Below are positions 8,653 to 17,686 of a DNA stretch of 63,361 nucleotides, in pieces (position 1 is the stretch's first letter; every line of letters begins with the position of its first letter). The notes beneath the pieces are model-generated. The model did not search any database. It was not told the DNA's origin and saw nothing but the letters and a program-made list of their open reading frames with translations. The position numbers and the translations under genes are program-made. This DNA comes from Deltaproteobacteria bacterium. Lineage in GTDB: Bacteria > Desulfobacterota > Dissulfuribacteria > Dissulfuribacterales > QOAL01. The stretch is from positions 1-63,361 of the forward strand of contig WGBG01000011.1 in NCBI GenBank assembly GCA_015494395.1, written 5' to 3'.

Positions 8653-10093
8653 TATCTATCAACGATGGAGAGGTGGTTAAAAAATATTTCTTGAAAAAAA
8701 TAAATATAATGCAAACAAAACTTACCAAAATACTACTTTTAATCAACTCAACTTGAAGTGTAATCTCATGAAATTTTAATAATTCGTAAGATATGACCAG
8801 GCATGAGAGAACGATTCCAACCTTTAATATATTGTACCCTGGATTGAATAAGCGTAAGCTTATCAAATAAACTGACACTGCCATAAACATAAAAGAGATG
8901 ACGGTAGCATAGGCTGCACCCATGATACCGTATTTTGGTATAAGTAAAAAATTCAGCATTATATTTAAAATAGCCGCCGTACCTGTAGTAAAAGGAAGGA
9001 ATTTCGTCTTTTTAAAGAATAGGATTGGATTCACAGCAAAGAAGTACAATCCATTTATGACATAACTGAAAATAATAATGGGTACTATTTGGGCTGATTT
9101 GTGAAATTTAGCAGGTGTTAAAAACAGTAAAAGCTCCTTGGACCACATACTGCCAATCAAACATATTGTACCTATTACCCCCAACCAGATATAAAAAACT
9201 CTTTTAACATGCCAACTATGATTCAAATTTTTATCTTTCATCAAGTCATAATAATTTGGTGCCCAAGCCTGATTAAATGAGTTAACTAAGACACTCATAA
9301 CCATGCCTACCTGATAACCTAATGTATAAATTCCAAGATCAGCCAATGATACATACCGTTCAAGTATGACACGATCTATAAAGTTCAGCGACACTGAGGC
9401 CAATAAGTGAAATACTACAGGAAGGCCGAAGGAAAGAGCATATTTTAGTTTATTGAAAGAAAATTTTAGCCGGAAATTTTTAGCGTAATCCCAATAAAAT
9501 AGGGTAAAAAAAAGAAAATTCCCTATTAAAAGGCCTTTAATTTGACCGAGGGCCCCTTCCCTTAATACGACTATAAAATATATTATACAAGTTGTAGTTA
9601 TTAGAAAATTAACATATTGAAGAGTGGCACATCTCTTAAAATTCTTTCTGCATAGGTAATAACTGATAACAATTTGGTTAAAAATTTGAAAAAATACTAT
9701 CCAAAGGATAAGAATCCAATACGGATTAAAAGGGATTGACTTTTTATCTATAAAAGGCCCAAAAACATTTTCTCCGTAAAAGGTGAAAAATGAGCATACA
9801 AGAAACAAGACAACTAATAAGTATATGTTTATACTGTATAAAAAACTTCCCATTTCTTCTGGTTTATATTTATAGTCGTAATAGAATCGAGTTTGGGCTC
9901 CATAAAACCCAAACATTAAAATAGTAGACAAAACCTGCATGATTACTTGCAGGTATCCTATTATTCCATAATCAGTTGTAGTTAGAAATCTGGTATATAT
10001 TGGAATGAGAAGAAAACCGGATGCTTTAGTAAGAATTTGTGCAATAGCGAATGTTATTCCACCCTTTACTACACTTCCAAAAGAATATGACAT
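8642..10093 (-). CDS. Wzx-type oligosaccharide flippase (MOP/polysaccharide biosynthesis protein family)
   Basis: 483 aa that are highly hydrophobic with many predicted TM segments. The position inside a glycan operon fits. Confidence 0.8.
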   Translation of the reverse strand: MSYSFGSVVKGGITFAIAQILTKASGFLLIPIYTRFLTTTDYGIIGYLQVIMQVLSTILMFGFYGAQTRFYYDYKYKPEEMGSFLYSINIYLLVVLFLVCSFFTFYGENVFGPFIDKKSIPFNPYWILILWIVFFQIFNQIVISYYLCRKNFKRCATLQYVNFLITTTCIIYFIVVLREGALGQIKGLLIGNFLFFTLFYWDYAKNFRLKFSFNKLKYALSFGLPVVFHLLASVSLNFIDRVILERYVSLADLGIYTLGYQVGMVMSVLVNSFNQAWAPNYYDLMKDKNLNHSWHVKRVFYIWLGVIGTICLIGSMWSKELLLFLTPAKFHKSAQIVPIIIFSYVINGLYFFAVNPILFFKKTKFLPFTTGTAAILNIMLNFLLIPKYGIMGAAYATVISFMFMAVSVYLISLRLFNPGYNILKVGIVLSCLVISYELLKFHEITLQVELIKSSILVSFVCIIFIFFKKYFLTTSPSLIDNES

Positions 10094-10101
10094 CAGTTAT
10101 T

Positions 10102-10680
10102 TTAATGGAATTGCTGCGCCTTTTTCAATTTTAAGTAATGTTCTACGTCTCTATACTTAAAAACTGAAGCTGGATGCCCTCCAGCAATGGCATACTTTGG
10201 AATATCAGAGACAACACACGAACCAGCCTGAATTATAGCACCCTCACCTATACATACCCCACCTAAAATGATCACACGGCTGCCAATCCATACATTGTCG
10301 TCAATATTTATATCCTTATAGATATAAGTATCATCGTAGGGTATGGCTTTACCTCGATCATAATTATGAATATGCGTTATAAAAAGACAATCCTCTCCGG
10401 AATGAAAATTGTTACCAATTGTAACTCTTCCATTGCCTCTTATAATGAGTCCATTAAAGTTTGTATTGCGCCCCAAAAAAGTATTACGTGTAAAAACACA
10501 CCTGTTATTTACCTTTAACGGCAATGAATAACTGCCAACCTGACTCATTGCCCTCAGTAAAAAGATTTTCCTTTTATATTCGAGAAAAATACGATCAGGT
10601 AGCGAAAAGATTAAATTAATGCACCTAAGTAAAAATCTGTTGCGTTCCATTGGTGATTTTGATGCCGTAAATCCACACAA
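10102..10680 (-). CDS. Left-handed beta-helix (hexapeptide-repeat) acetyltransferase
   Basis: Hexapeptide repeats: VWIGSRVIILGGVCIGEGAIIQAGSCVVSDIPKYAIAGGHPA. It starts 2 nt after the NeuB-family stop. Confidence 0.75.
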   Translation of the reverse strand: MCGFTASKSPMERNRFLLRCINLIFSLPDRIFLEYKRKIFLLRAMSQVGSYSLPLKVNNRCVFTRNTFLGRNTNFNGLIIRGNGRVTIGNNFHSGEDCLFITHIHNYDRGKAIPYDDTYIYKDINIDDNVWIGSRVIILGGVCIGEGAIIQAGSCVVSDIPKYAIAGGHPASVFKYRDVEHYLKLKKAQQFH

Positions 10681-10681
10681 A

Positions 10682-11734
10682 CTAACTTAACATTTCCCAT
10701 GTAATGATCTCATCTTCTTCTATATCATTCTTTACTGTTCTACCAACCACTATGTCAAAAAATGCAGGGGAAATTCCTGTACCGGGTCTTTTTGCTGTCA
10801 TCATCTCCTCGGTCAGAGTGGTGCCAGCTGGTATATTCTTTGTCGCAACCAAACTTCTGCGGGCATATTTTCTAGAATTTTGTTCCCCATCAGTAACAAC
10901 TTTGTCCCGTTTACCCATCATTGCAGCAAAATATCTCTGCATGGAAATAAACTCCCGAACATCATCAGGATCCATAGCATGATAATGATCATTACCAGGT
11001 AATGACTTATCAAGTGTATAGTGTTTTTCCAGAATATCTGCTCCCTTGACCCAGGCAGCCAACATAGACAGACAATTATGAGCTGGAGAAACATGATCTG
11101 ACCAGCCAATTGTTACATCTGGAAATACTGATTTCAAATAGGGAATAGTTTCAAGGTTGGCATGTTCTGCTGGGGTAGGATACTCCAGAACACAATGCAG
11201 CAAAGCAACTTGTTCAGCTCCTGCTTCTGCGATGATTCTTAATGCTTCATCTATCTCTGATATATAGGATGCTCCTGTGGAAAGCAAAATTGGCTTATTT
11301 TTTTTTGCAATTTTGCGTAATAACGGATAATTAGTGATATCCGCAGACGCAACCTTATAAACAGGCATAAATTCATCCAAAAAATCTGCAAAATGCAAAT
11401 CAAAAGGAGTTGAAGCGAAAAGAATTCCTTTTTGCTGGCACCGCCTGGCTAATTTTCTATACTCCTCATCACCGAAATTATCGTGTTTTTTAAACAGTTC
11501 AAATTGACTAGTTGTAGGCTCTTTTTGAGTATCCCAATATGCCGGACTGTATTTGCTAGCCAATGTTTCAGCCTTATAACTTTGAAATTTTATCATTTGA
11601 GCGCCTGCCGCGGCTGCAGCATCTATCATTTCATAAGCTGTATCCAATGACCCTTCATGGTTAACACCGGCTTCAAGTATCAGAAACGGATTGGCACGAT
11701 CAATTTTAATTCCGGCAATTTCGGTCATACGCAT
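10682..11734 (-). CDS. Nonulosonic acid synthase of the NeuB/PseI/LegI family, with a C-terminal SAF domain
   Basis: FLILEAGVNHEGS, KFQSYKAE, LLSTGAS, GWSDH, LEKHYTLDK, and a C-terminal RRSLVATKNIPAGTTLTEEMMTAKRPGTGISP SAF-like segment. Confidence 0.85.
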   Translation of the reverse strand: MRMTEIAGIKIDRANPFLILEAGVNHEGSLDTAYEMIDAAAAAGAQMIKFQSYKAETLASKYSPAYWDTQKEPTTSQFELFKKHDNFGDEEYRKLARRCQQKGILFASTPFDLHFADFLDEFMPVYKVASADITNYPLLRKIAKKNKPILLSTGASYISEIDEALRIIAEAGAEQVALLHCVLEYPTPAEHANLETIPYLKSVFPDVTIGWSDHVSPAHNCLSMLAAWVKGADILEKHYTLDKSLPGNDHYHAMDPDDVREFISMQRYFAAMMGKRDKVVTDGEQNSRKYARRSLVATKNIPAGTTLTEEMMTAKRPGTGISPAFFDIVVGRTVKNDIEEDEIITWEMLS

Positions 11735-11746
11735 ATTCTACTTTCC

Positions 11747-13402
11747 TTATTTAACGGATTTGCCTAAAATAATGTCCCATACCCTATCAATGCCGCTTTT
11801 AAAATCAAAACTGGTTAGTGATTGGTGCATTTTTTTTCTTAAAATTTGTGATCCGATTATTTCTTTAAATGCCTGTTCAAAAACCCCAAATGTCAATAAG
11901 TTTGACAAGCCAAGATTTATAATTCCGAGTTCTTGATTAGCAAACACATGTCTGACTTCCCTTTCATTCTGATTTATAACGATCATTGGGATTCCCATGG
12001 CAGCCAATTCAAAAACTGTACGTCCTCCTGACGTAATAGCTATATCTGCCTCCGCCATGTATTTACTTATAATGTTAGTGTCTGTAATTATCTGGATCTT
12101 ACCATTTAATTTGTCTATATTTTTTTCTAATTGTGATAAATGCTTATAGCCAGGTCCTACAATTACGGTTAGTTCTAAGTCTTTTTTTATCTTTAGAACC
12201 CATTTGATTATCTTCTCAGTCAGGTTGGATGGATCTGTCCCACCAAACAGGAGTAGAATGTTTTTTACCTTCTCCTTAATGTTGATAGTTTTCGCATTAT
12301 AAAATTCGTCACGGAGACAGACATAGTCCGGTCCGGAAAAAATATGGTCACTTTTACGTGACACTTCAGAACCATACATTGCGTTAATAACTGCATCTGC
12401 TACGGTCTGTCCCTGACCCAAATCCTCAAAATTAATCACCCTGAAACCACTTTGTTTTAGAGCTGTTACATAATCAAGATTTGTATCTAGAATATCATTA
12501 ATGACTATATCGGGGTTGCATCTTTTAATTAGGGACACTTCATTTTCAGATGAGGGATCAAATTCTATAATTGGGTAGAAGCGGGACCTAATTTTTTTAA
12601 TGCCTGGGCGAGATTTATTGCTTATTACAAATAAGTGTTCGTGATCTATACGGCTATCAGCCAACATAAGGCATCTATAAATATGGCCCAGTCCTATTTC
12701 ATTATATCCTTCTACACGATAAAGAATCCTCAGTCGGGCCATCTGTTTTTCTACCAGCCACCAGTCAAACCTATCATCAATATCTACAGATTCTATTTTG
12801 TCACATTCTACGATTCCGACATTTCCACCAAATCTTGTTCCATGTCTCAGCTGATCTCGGGTGCAAACAACTATACCGCCTGTTTCCCTGTAATGTTTTG
12901 GTAAATACTGCCTGTTAAGCCTTTTGGAATAGTCGGGAATGGGGTCGCCATTCTCATTTAGCTTCCACCTTAAATGGACATCTTCGGTCACAGAAACAAC
13001 AGTATCTTTCTTCTCATCAATACACTTTTTAACAGCTTTTTGTATGGTTTCAGGTCTTAATAAAGGAGAGGTAGCCTGAAGTGTCACAACAATATCGACA
13101 ATCCTTTTTGTTTGTTTTTCATACTCCTCAACAGCGTCAACAATAACCTCATCCAAACCTACCTCATCACTGGCTAGATGCGCAGACCTTCTAATAATTA
13201 ACGCTCCATATTCTTTACCAATGTATGCAAGTTCTTCGTTATCAGTGGATACAACCACATCTGAAAAAGAATGTGACTCAAAAGCGGCTCTAAGCACATA
13301 GGACATTAATGGTTTGCCATGAAGTAAGCGGGCATTTTTACGAGGTATGCCTTTTGAACCGCCTCGCACGGGAATTATTGCTATAATGTTAAATTCTGCC
13401 AT
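11747..13402 (-). CDS. Fusion protein: N-terminal CMP-nonulosonate cytidylyltransferase (NeuA/PseF-like) plus a C-terminal PseG-like UDP-sugar hydrolase/GT-B domain
   Basis: N-terminus: IAIIPVRGGSKGIPRKN (CTP_transf_3). From about residue 225: RVEGYNEIGLGHIYRCLMLAD and ADIAITSGGRTVFELAAMGIPMIVI (PseG/GT28-C-like). Confidence 0.75.
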   Translation of the reverse strand: MAEFNIIAIIPVRGGSKGIPRKNARLLHGKPLMSYVLRAAFESHSFSDVVVSTDNEELAYIGKEYGALIIRRSAHLASDEVGLDEVIVDAVEEYEKQTKRIVDIVVTLQATSPLLRPETIQKAVKKCIDEKKDTVVSVTEDVHLRWKLNENGDPIPDYSKRLNRQYLPKHYRETGGIVVCTRDQLRHGTRFGGNVGIVECDKIESVDIDDRFDWWLVEKQMARLRILYRVEGYNEIGLGHIYRCLMLADSRIDHEHLFVISNKSRPGIKKIRSRFYPIIEFDPSSENEVSLIKRCNPDIVINDILDTNLDYVTALKQSGFRVINFEDLGQGQTVADAVINAMYGSEVSRKSDHIFSGPDYVCLRDEFYNAKTINIKEKVKNILLLFGGTDPSNLTEKIIKWVLKIKKDLELTVIVGPGYKHLSQLEKNIDKLNGKIQIITDTNIISKYMAEADIAITSGGRTVFELAAMGIPMIVINQNEREVRHVFANQELGIINLGLSNLLTFGVFEQAFKEIIGSQILRKKMHQSLTSFDFKSGIDRVWDIILGKSVK

Positions 13403-13460
13403 GAATTTTAGCTAACCAAAACGCGAAAATAAGGAGACGATGCATACAGACAAGTACTGA

Positions 13461-14009
13461 TCAGGACTTTGCCTCCTGCCACAAGACAATATTGGGTCTC
13501 TTTTCAAGATTTTCTTTCATATTCTGGTACTCAGATTCAGAGAGTACCAGGTACCTGATTTTTCTGTTTATATATCGTTCTGTTTTTTCGACCAAATCCT
13601 GAAGGTTTTCCCGGTCAACCTCTCCTACAAGCACAAGATCAATTATTCCTGTATCCCGGCCCTCTGCATAATCATCTATTAGAAGGGCAAGTTTAAGGCT
13701 ACCGAGCCTTGAAATAATACTGTCAAGGATCTGCTCCATTCCCAATGCCTTGCGGACCATTGAATGGAGCTCTGGAAAAAGGGGATGTTTGGTATTTGCC
13801 CTGTAAAGAATCTGTCTGCCGTTTCTCTTCTGGTTAAGAAGCCCGGATTCGGACAGGTTTGACAGCTCTTCCTTGATTACGCTTGGAGATGCGGAAAACT
13901 CTCTTGAAAGTTCACGCAGATATGCCTGTTGATCGGGGTTTAGAAAAAGGCGCATCAGAATATTGATGCGTGTTTTGGATGTAATTATCCCGTCAAATAT
14001 ACTTGTCAT
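13461..14009 (-). CDS. Winged-helix (ArsR-like) transcriptional regulator with an uncharacterised C-terminal domain
   Basis: TRINILMRLFLNPDQQAYLRELSREFSASPSVIKEELSNLSESGLL fits an HTH/wing pattern. Confidence 0.6.
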   Translation of the reverse strand: MTSIFDGIITSKTRINILMRLFLNPDQQAYLRELSREFSASPSVIKEELSNLSESGLLNQKRNGRQILYRANTKHPLFPELHSMVRKALGMEQILDSIISRLGSLKLALLIDDYAEGRDTGIIDLVLVGEVDRENLQDLVEKTERYINRKIRYLVLSESEYQNMKENLEKRPNIVLWQEAKS

Positions 14010-14140
14010 CTAATAGTTTAATTTGCCAGAACTCGCATATTCACCGTTGACCAAGCCTGAACAATATTACCAATACCAAATCCGTTCTAATTTTACGAAC
14101 ATTATATAAAATATATTTGAAAAGTGTCAAACAAAAAATT

Positions 14141-15172
14141 CTATTTCTGATTGTCAGGCGTAAATATAAACCGGTATTTGAATTCCCTGGCGTTTTTGAA
14201 ATCAAGCGGCTTTCCGTCCACCTCTGCATAAGGATACATCAGATAATTTAAAGGATGGCCTGTCTGCCTGGGATTAAGCACAATATCCCTGCCTGTTCCA
14301 AAACGCACACGCAGAGGGTCAACTGCACCGAAAAAATAATTATAATACTTTATTGCCTTTTCCGAGGAGGGTTGCAATTTCTCAACCAGCATCTTTTTTA
14401 ATACATCTGCGGGGTCGAGCACCACCCAGCCGTAGCCTGGCTGGAAATATTCAGCCCAACAATGTTCCCATTTGGTAATATCAGATATTTTACCATTCAT
14501 CTTACCAAGCCGTATTCCGAACACCTCCCGTGCAGGCACACCGGCTGCCCGTGCCAGGGCTACCATCACCGAATGGATGTCCACGCAGTTACCCCGCCTC
14601 TCCTTTAAAAGCTGAATAACATCTCCGTCACCGCAGTACTTGGATTCCGGTTTTCGTTTCATATTTTTAACAGTCCACTCATAGATAGCTGAAATTTTTT
14701 CTCTGACTGTTGTGCATCCTTCTGTGATTTCCAGGGCTAGCTCCCGTATTTTTCCATCTGTTGGAACAAGGCGGGCAGGCTCAAGAAACCTGGAATAATC
14801 TCCTGGATTCCAGCATGGCTCCTGAACAGGAATATCCTTCTCCACCCTCTCAAGCCTTTTCACATAAAAGGAAAACTCAAGATGCCGGGCGGTTGTACCT
14901 TGCTTCCATTGGGCATAGACTATTGGCCGCCTATATTTTCTGTCTGTGTACACAGCCGAGTGATGAAAATCGCCCTTAATTTCAACAGCGGTTATCTCCT
15001 GGTAAGGGCCGGAGACCGGATATGGGACCCACAAACAGGTCTTTCCACCAACAGGATGAGAGGAGAGATCAAAGGACATGTTTACAACGCCGGATACGGT
15101 ATCAAGTGCAAGTGCCTGTTGAAACAGAACACACAAAAATCCTAGAGTGACGAAAATCGATATTTTTTTCAC
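14141..15172 (-). CDS. Secreted transglutaminase-like (cysteine protease fold) protein
   Basis: N-terminal signal peptide MKKISIFVTLGFLCVLFQQALA. Core RGNCVDIHSVMVALARAAGVPAREVFG carries the catalytic Cys, followed by HCWAEY and VVLDPAD (His/Asp). Confidence 0.7.
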   Translation of the reverse strand: MKKISIFVTLGFLCVLFQQALALDTVSGVVNMSFDLSSHPVGGKTCLWVPYPVSGPYQEITAVEIKGDFHHSAVYTDRKYRRPIVYAQWKQGTTARHLEFSFYVKRLERVEKDIPVQEPCWNPGDYSRFLEPARLVPTDGKIRELALEITEGCTTVREKISAIYEWTVKNMKRKPESKYCGDGDVIQLLKERRGNCVDIHSVMVALARAAGVPAREVFGIRLGKMNGKISDITKWEHCWAEYFQPGYGWVVLDPADVLKKMLVEKLQPSSEKAIKYYNYFFGAVDPLRVRFGTGRDIVLNPRQTGHPLNYLMYPYAEVDGKPLDFKNAREFKYRFIFTPDNQK

Positions 15173-15343
15173 AGTTTAACTCCTTGTAATTTCTTCGGGT
15201 GCTTTTGCCACGTTTAACACGGCTGGACCCTGCGGGGAAATTGGAAAAATCTATTTTTAAGGCTCAATTTATTGATATAAACGATTGGCAACATCGAAAC
15301 TATCAATATATGTTGATGAAACTTTCCTCAAAGGAGCGCAATT

Positions 15344-17686
15344 ATGGGATTTACAAGGCGAAAGTTTTTGAGCATGGCTTTAAAAGCCGGAATTACCGGT
15401 GCGGCCCTGCCTGTCCTCGATTACAGAGAGGCCCTTGGCCTTGGGAGCGGAAAGGGCTTAAACGGGTGCGATGTGCATGTAACAGGCTGCATGTGGTGCC
15501 AGTGCGGATGCAGCATGCTGGTGTATATCCGGGATGGAAAGGCAGTGCATGTTACAGGTAATCCGGACGATCCCCTTACCAGGGGGAGAATATGCATAAA
15601 GCCAATGGGCTCAATTGAGCTTATGAACAGCCCCTTAAGGCTCAAAACCCCACTCAAGAGAACAGGCGGATTGGGAGACTCGGCACAACTCACGGAGGTA
15701 AGCTGGGAAGAGGCGCTTGACGAAATAGCATACCGGTTATCTGAAATAAGAAAAAAACATGGTGGGGAGTCCCTTGGAATCTGGGCATCCGGCAGGAGCG
15801 CAGCTGACGGACGTTATTTAAGCAAGGCCTTTGCAAAACTGTATGGAACCAGGAACTGGGAGAAAACAGGCCCCTTCTGCAACTACTCAGGGAAGCTTGG
15901 CACTGCCACAGTAACAGGGACCAGAAACACGCCCTGGACATTTACAGACGATGATTTTTTCGCTGCTGATACCTACATACTTATTGGTTCAAACCTTGCA
16001 GCAACAAAACCGGTTTATTTCTTCAGGATCAAAGAACGACTGCGCCAGGGCAAATGCCGCCTGATTTGTATTGATCCCAGGAGATCAGAAACCGCACGCC
16101 ACGCAAACGTACATATCAAGATACGACCAGGAACCGATCTCGCCCTTGCACTGGCCCTTGCCAGATACCTTGTTGATCACAACCTTGTAAAAGAAAGCTA
16201 TCTTGAGGAACATGCCATTGGCCATGAAAAATACAGAAAATTTCTCCTTCAGAATGACTTTTCGTTAAAGTGGGCTGAACGCATAACCGGCATATCGGCA
16301 AATGACATAAGCGACCTTGCCAGGACAGTGGCAGGGAAAGGCAACGTAATAATGCTGGATAATGCCGGCATAAGCCACCACGCAAATGCTGTGCACACCC
16401 ACCGGGCATTTGCCATGCTTGCCGCAATGGCGGGCCGTTACGGCAAAAAGGCAAATGGCTTTGCCTGCCTTAACAACGGTGCCGTGAAAACCGGTGGGCT
16501 TCCCCTGCCTGAATCACTGGTACCCAAAGCCCGGGAAGGTCTTGGCAAAAACCCGGTTATGTGGCTTGAGTCCATTGAAAATTCCCATGCTCCTTACAAA
16601 TTAAGGGCTCTCATATCCACAGGAACTCCCTTTGTTCAGTGGCCTGATCAGAAAAGACTCAGACGACTTGCAGGTGCCCTGGAACTTGGCGTGGGCAATG
16701 AGATAGTGCCAAATATCGGAACCAGATTTTTTGATTTTATGCTCCCCGCAGCCTTCTGGATAGAGGCAGGCGGACTTGCCCCTGTATCAGACGAAAGCCG
16801 CCTTGTCTGGTGTCCGAAGCTGGTAGAGCCGCCAGGGGAGGCAAAGCCTGACAGATGGTGGTGGATAGAGCTTGGTAAACGAATGGGCTGGGGGGACGTC
16901 TTTGATGACAGCCTGAAGGATCCGGAGATTCTTCAGGACAAATGTGCAGCATCAAAGGGATATAGTGTCCGGAACTTTACCAGCAGCAAGTATAATTCCC
17001 TGAGGGCACCTGTTATGGTAAGCAGTGGTACAGTAAAAGAGAGGGACTCACTGTTTCTTGACGGAAAATTCAAGACCGCTTCAGGCAAACTTGAGTTCTG
17101 GACAGAATCCCTTGAGGCAAAGTTCAGGGAGATGGGGCTCCCGCTTTTTGCCGGGTTCTACTCTGACCCCCTTGCCTCACCAAAGGATTGGGACACTATT
17201 TTTCCTCAGCCGAGAATGATAAGATCGCCATTTCTCAAGAAAAAAATCATGATGTTTCCCGTGGAACAAAAACCTGGCAAAGTAGATGCCGAAAAGTTCC
17301 CTCTTATTTTGACTACAGGAAAGCCGTGCGAGGCAATATTCGGACATACATGCCACTGGGTAAAGACCTTAAGTGAATTTGCACCGGAACAGGTCTGCTG
17401 GATTCACCCGGACTGCGCCAGGAAGCACAAAATCAAAAATGGAGACATGATAACTGTTGAAAGCCCCAAGGGAAGCTGTGCTGCAAGGGCATTTCTCACT
17501 GTGGACATAAGGAAGGATACGGTCTTTATTCCAAGTACATTCGGAAAGGAGTATCCCTTTTCCAGAACGGAGACTGATTCAGTGAACTTTTTAACGGCCA
17601 TGGATAACAGATGTCCTATTTCCGGACAAATTGCTTTCAAGGGCGTAAGAGTGAATCTTCAACTGCAACAGACTTCTTCCGGATAA
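15344..17686 (+). CDS. Tat-exported molybdopterin (bis-MGD) oxidoreductase catalytic subunit of the DMSO-reductase superfamily
   Basis: Twin-arginine leader MGFTRRKFLSMALKAGITGAALP. N-terminal 4Fe-4S motif CMWCQCGC..RICIKP. C-terminal MopB_CT-like GDMITVESPKGSCAARAFLTVDIRKDTVFIP. Confidence 0.8.
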   Translation: MGFTRRKFLSMALKAGITGAALPVLDYREALGLGSGKGLNGCDVHVTGCMWCQCGCSMLVYIRDGKAVHVTGNPDDPLTRGRICIKPMGSIELMNSPLRLKTPLKRTGGLGDSAQLTEVSWEEALDEIAYRLSEIRKKHGGESLGIWASGRSAADGRYLSKAFAKLYGTRNWEKTGPFCNYSGKLGTATVTGTRNTPWTFTDDDFFAADTYILIGSNLAATKPVYFFRIKERLRQGKCRLICIDPRRSETARHANVHIKIRPGTDLALALALARYLVDHNLVKESYLEEHAIGHEKYRKFLLQNDFSLKWAERITGISANDISDLARTVAGKGNVIMLDNAGISHHANAVHTHRAFAMLAAMAGRYGKKANGFACLNNGAVKTGGLPLPESLVPKAREGLGKNPVMWLESIENSHAPYKLRALISTGTPFVQWPDQKRLRRLAGALELGVGNEIVPNIGTRFFDFMLPAAFWIEAGGLAPVSDESRLVWCPKLVEPPGEAKPDRWWWIELGKRMGWGDVFDDSLKDPEILQDKCAASKGYSVRNFTSSKYNSLRAPVMVSSGTVKERDSLFLDGKFKTASGKLEFWTESLEAKFREMGLPLFAGFYSDPLASPKDWDTIFPQPRMIRSPFLKKKIMMFPVEQKPGKVDAEKFPLILTTGKPCEAIFGHTCHWVKTLSEFAPEQVCWIHPDCARKHKIKNGDMITVESPKGSCAARAFLTVDIRKDTVFIPSTFGKEYPFSRTETDSVNFLTAMDNRCPISGQIAFKGVRVNLQLQQTSSG

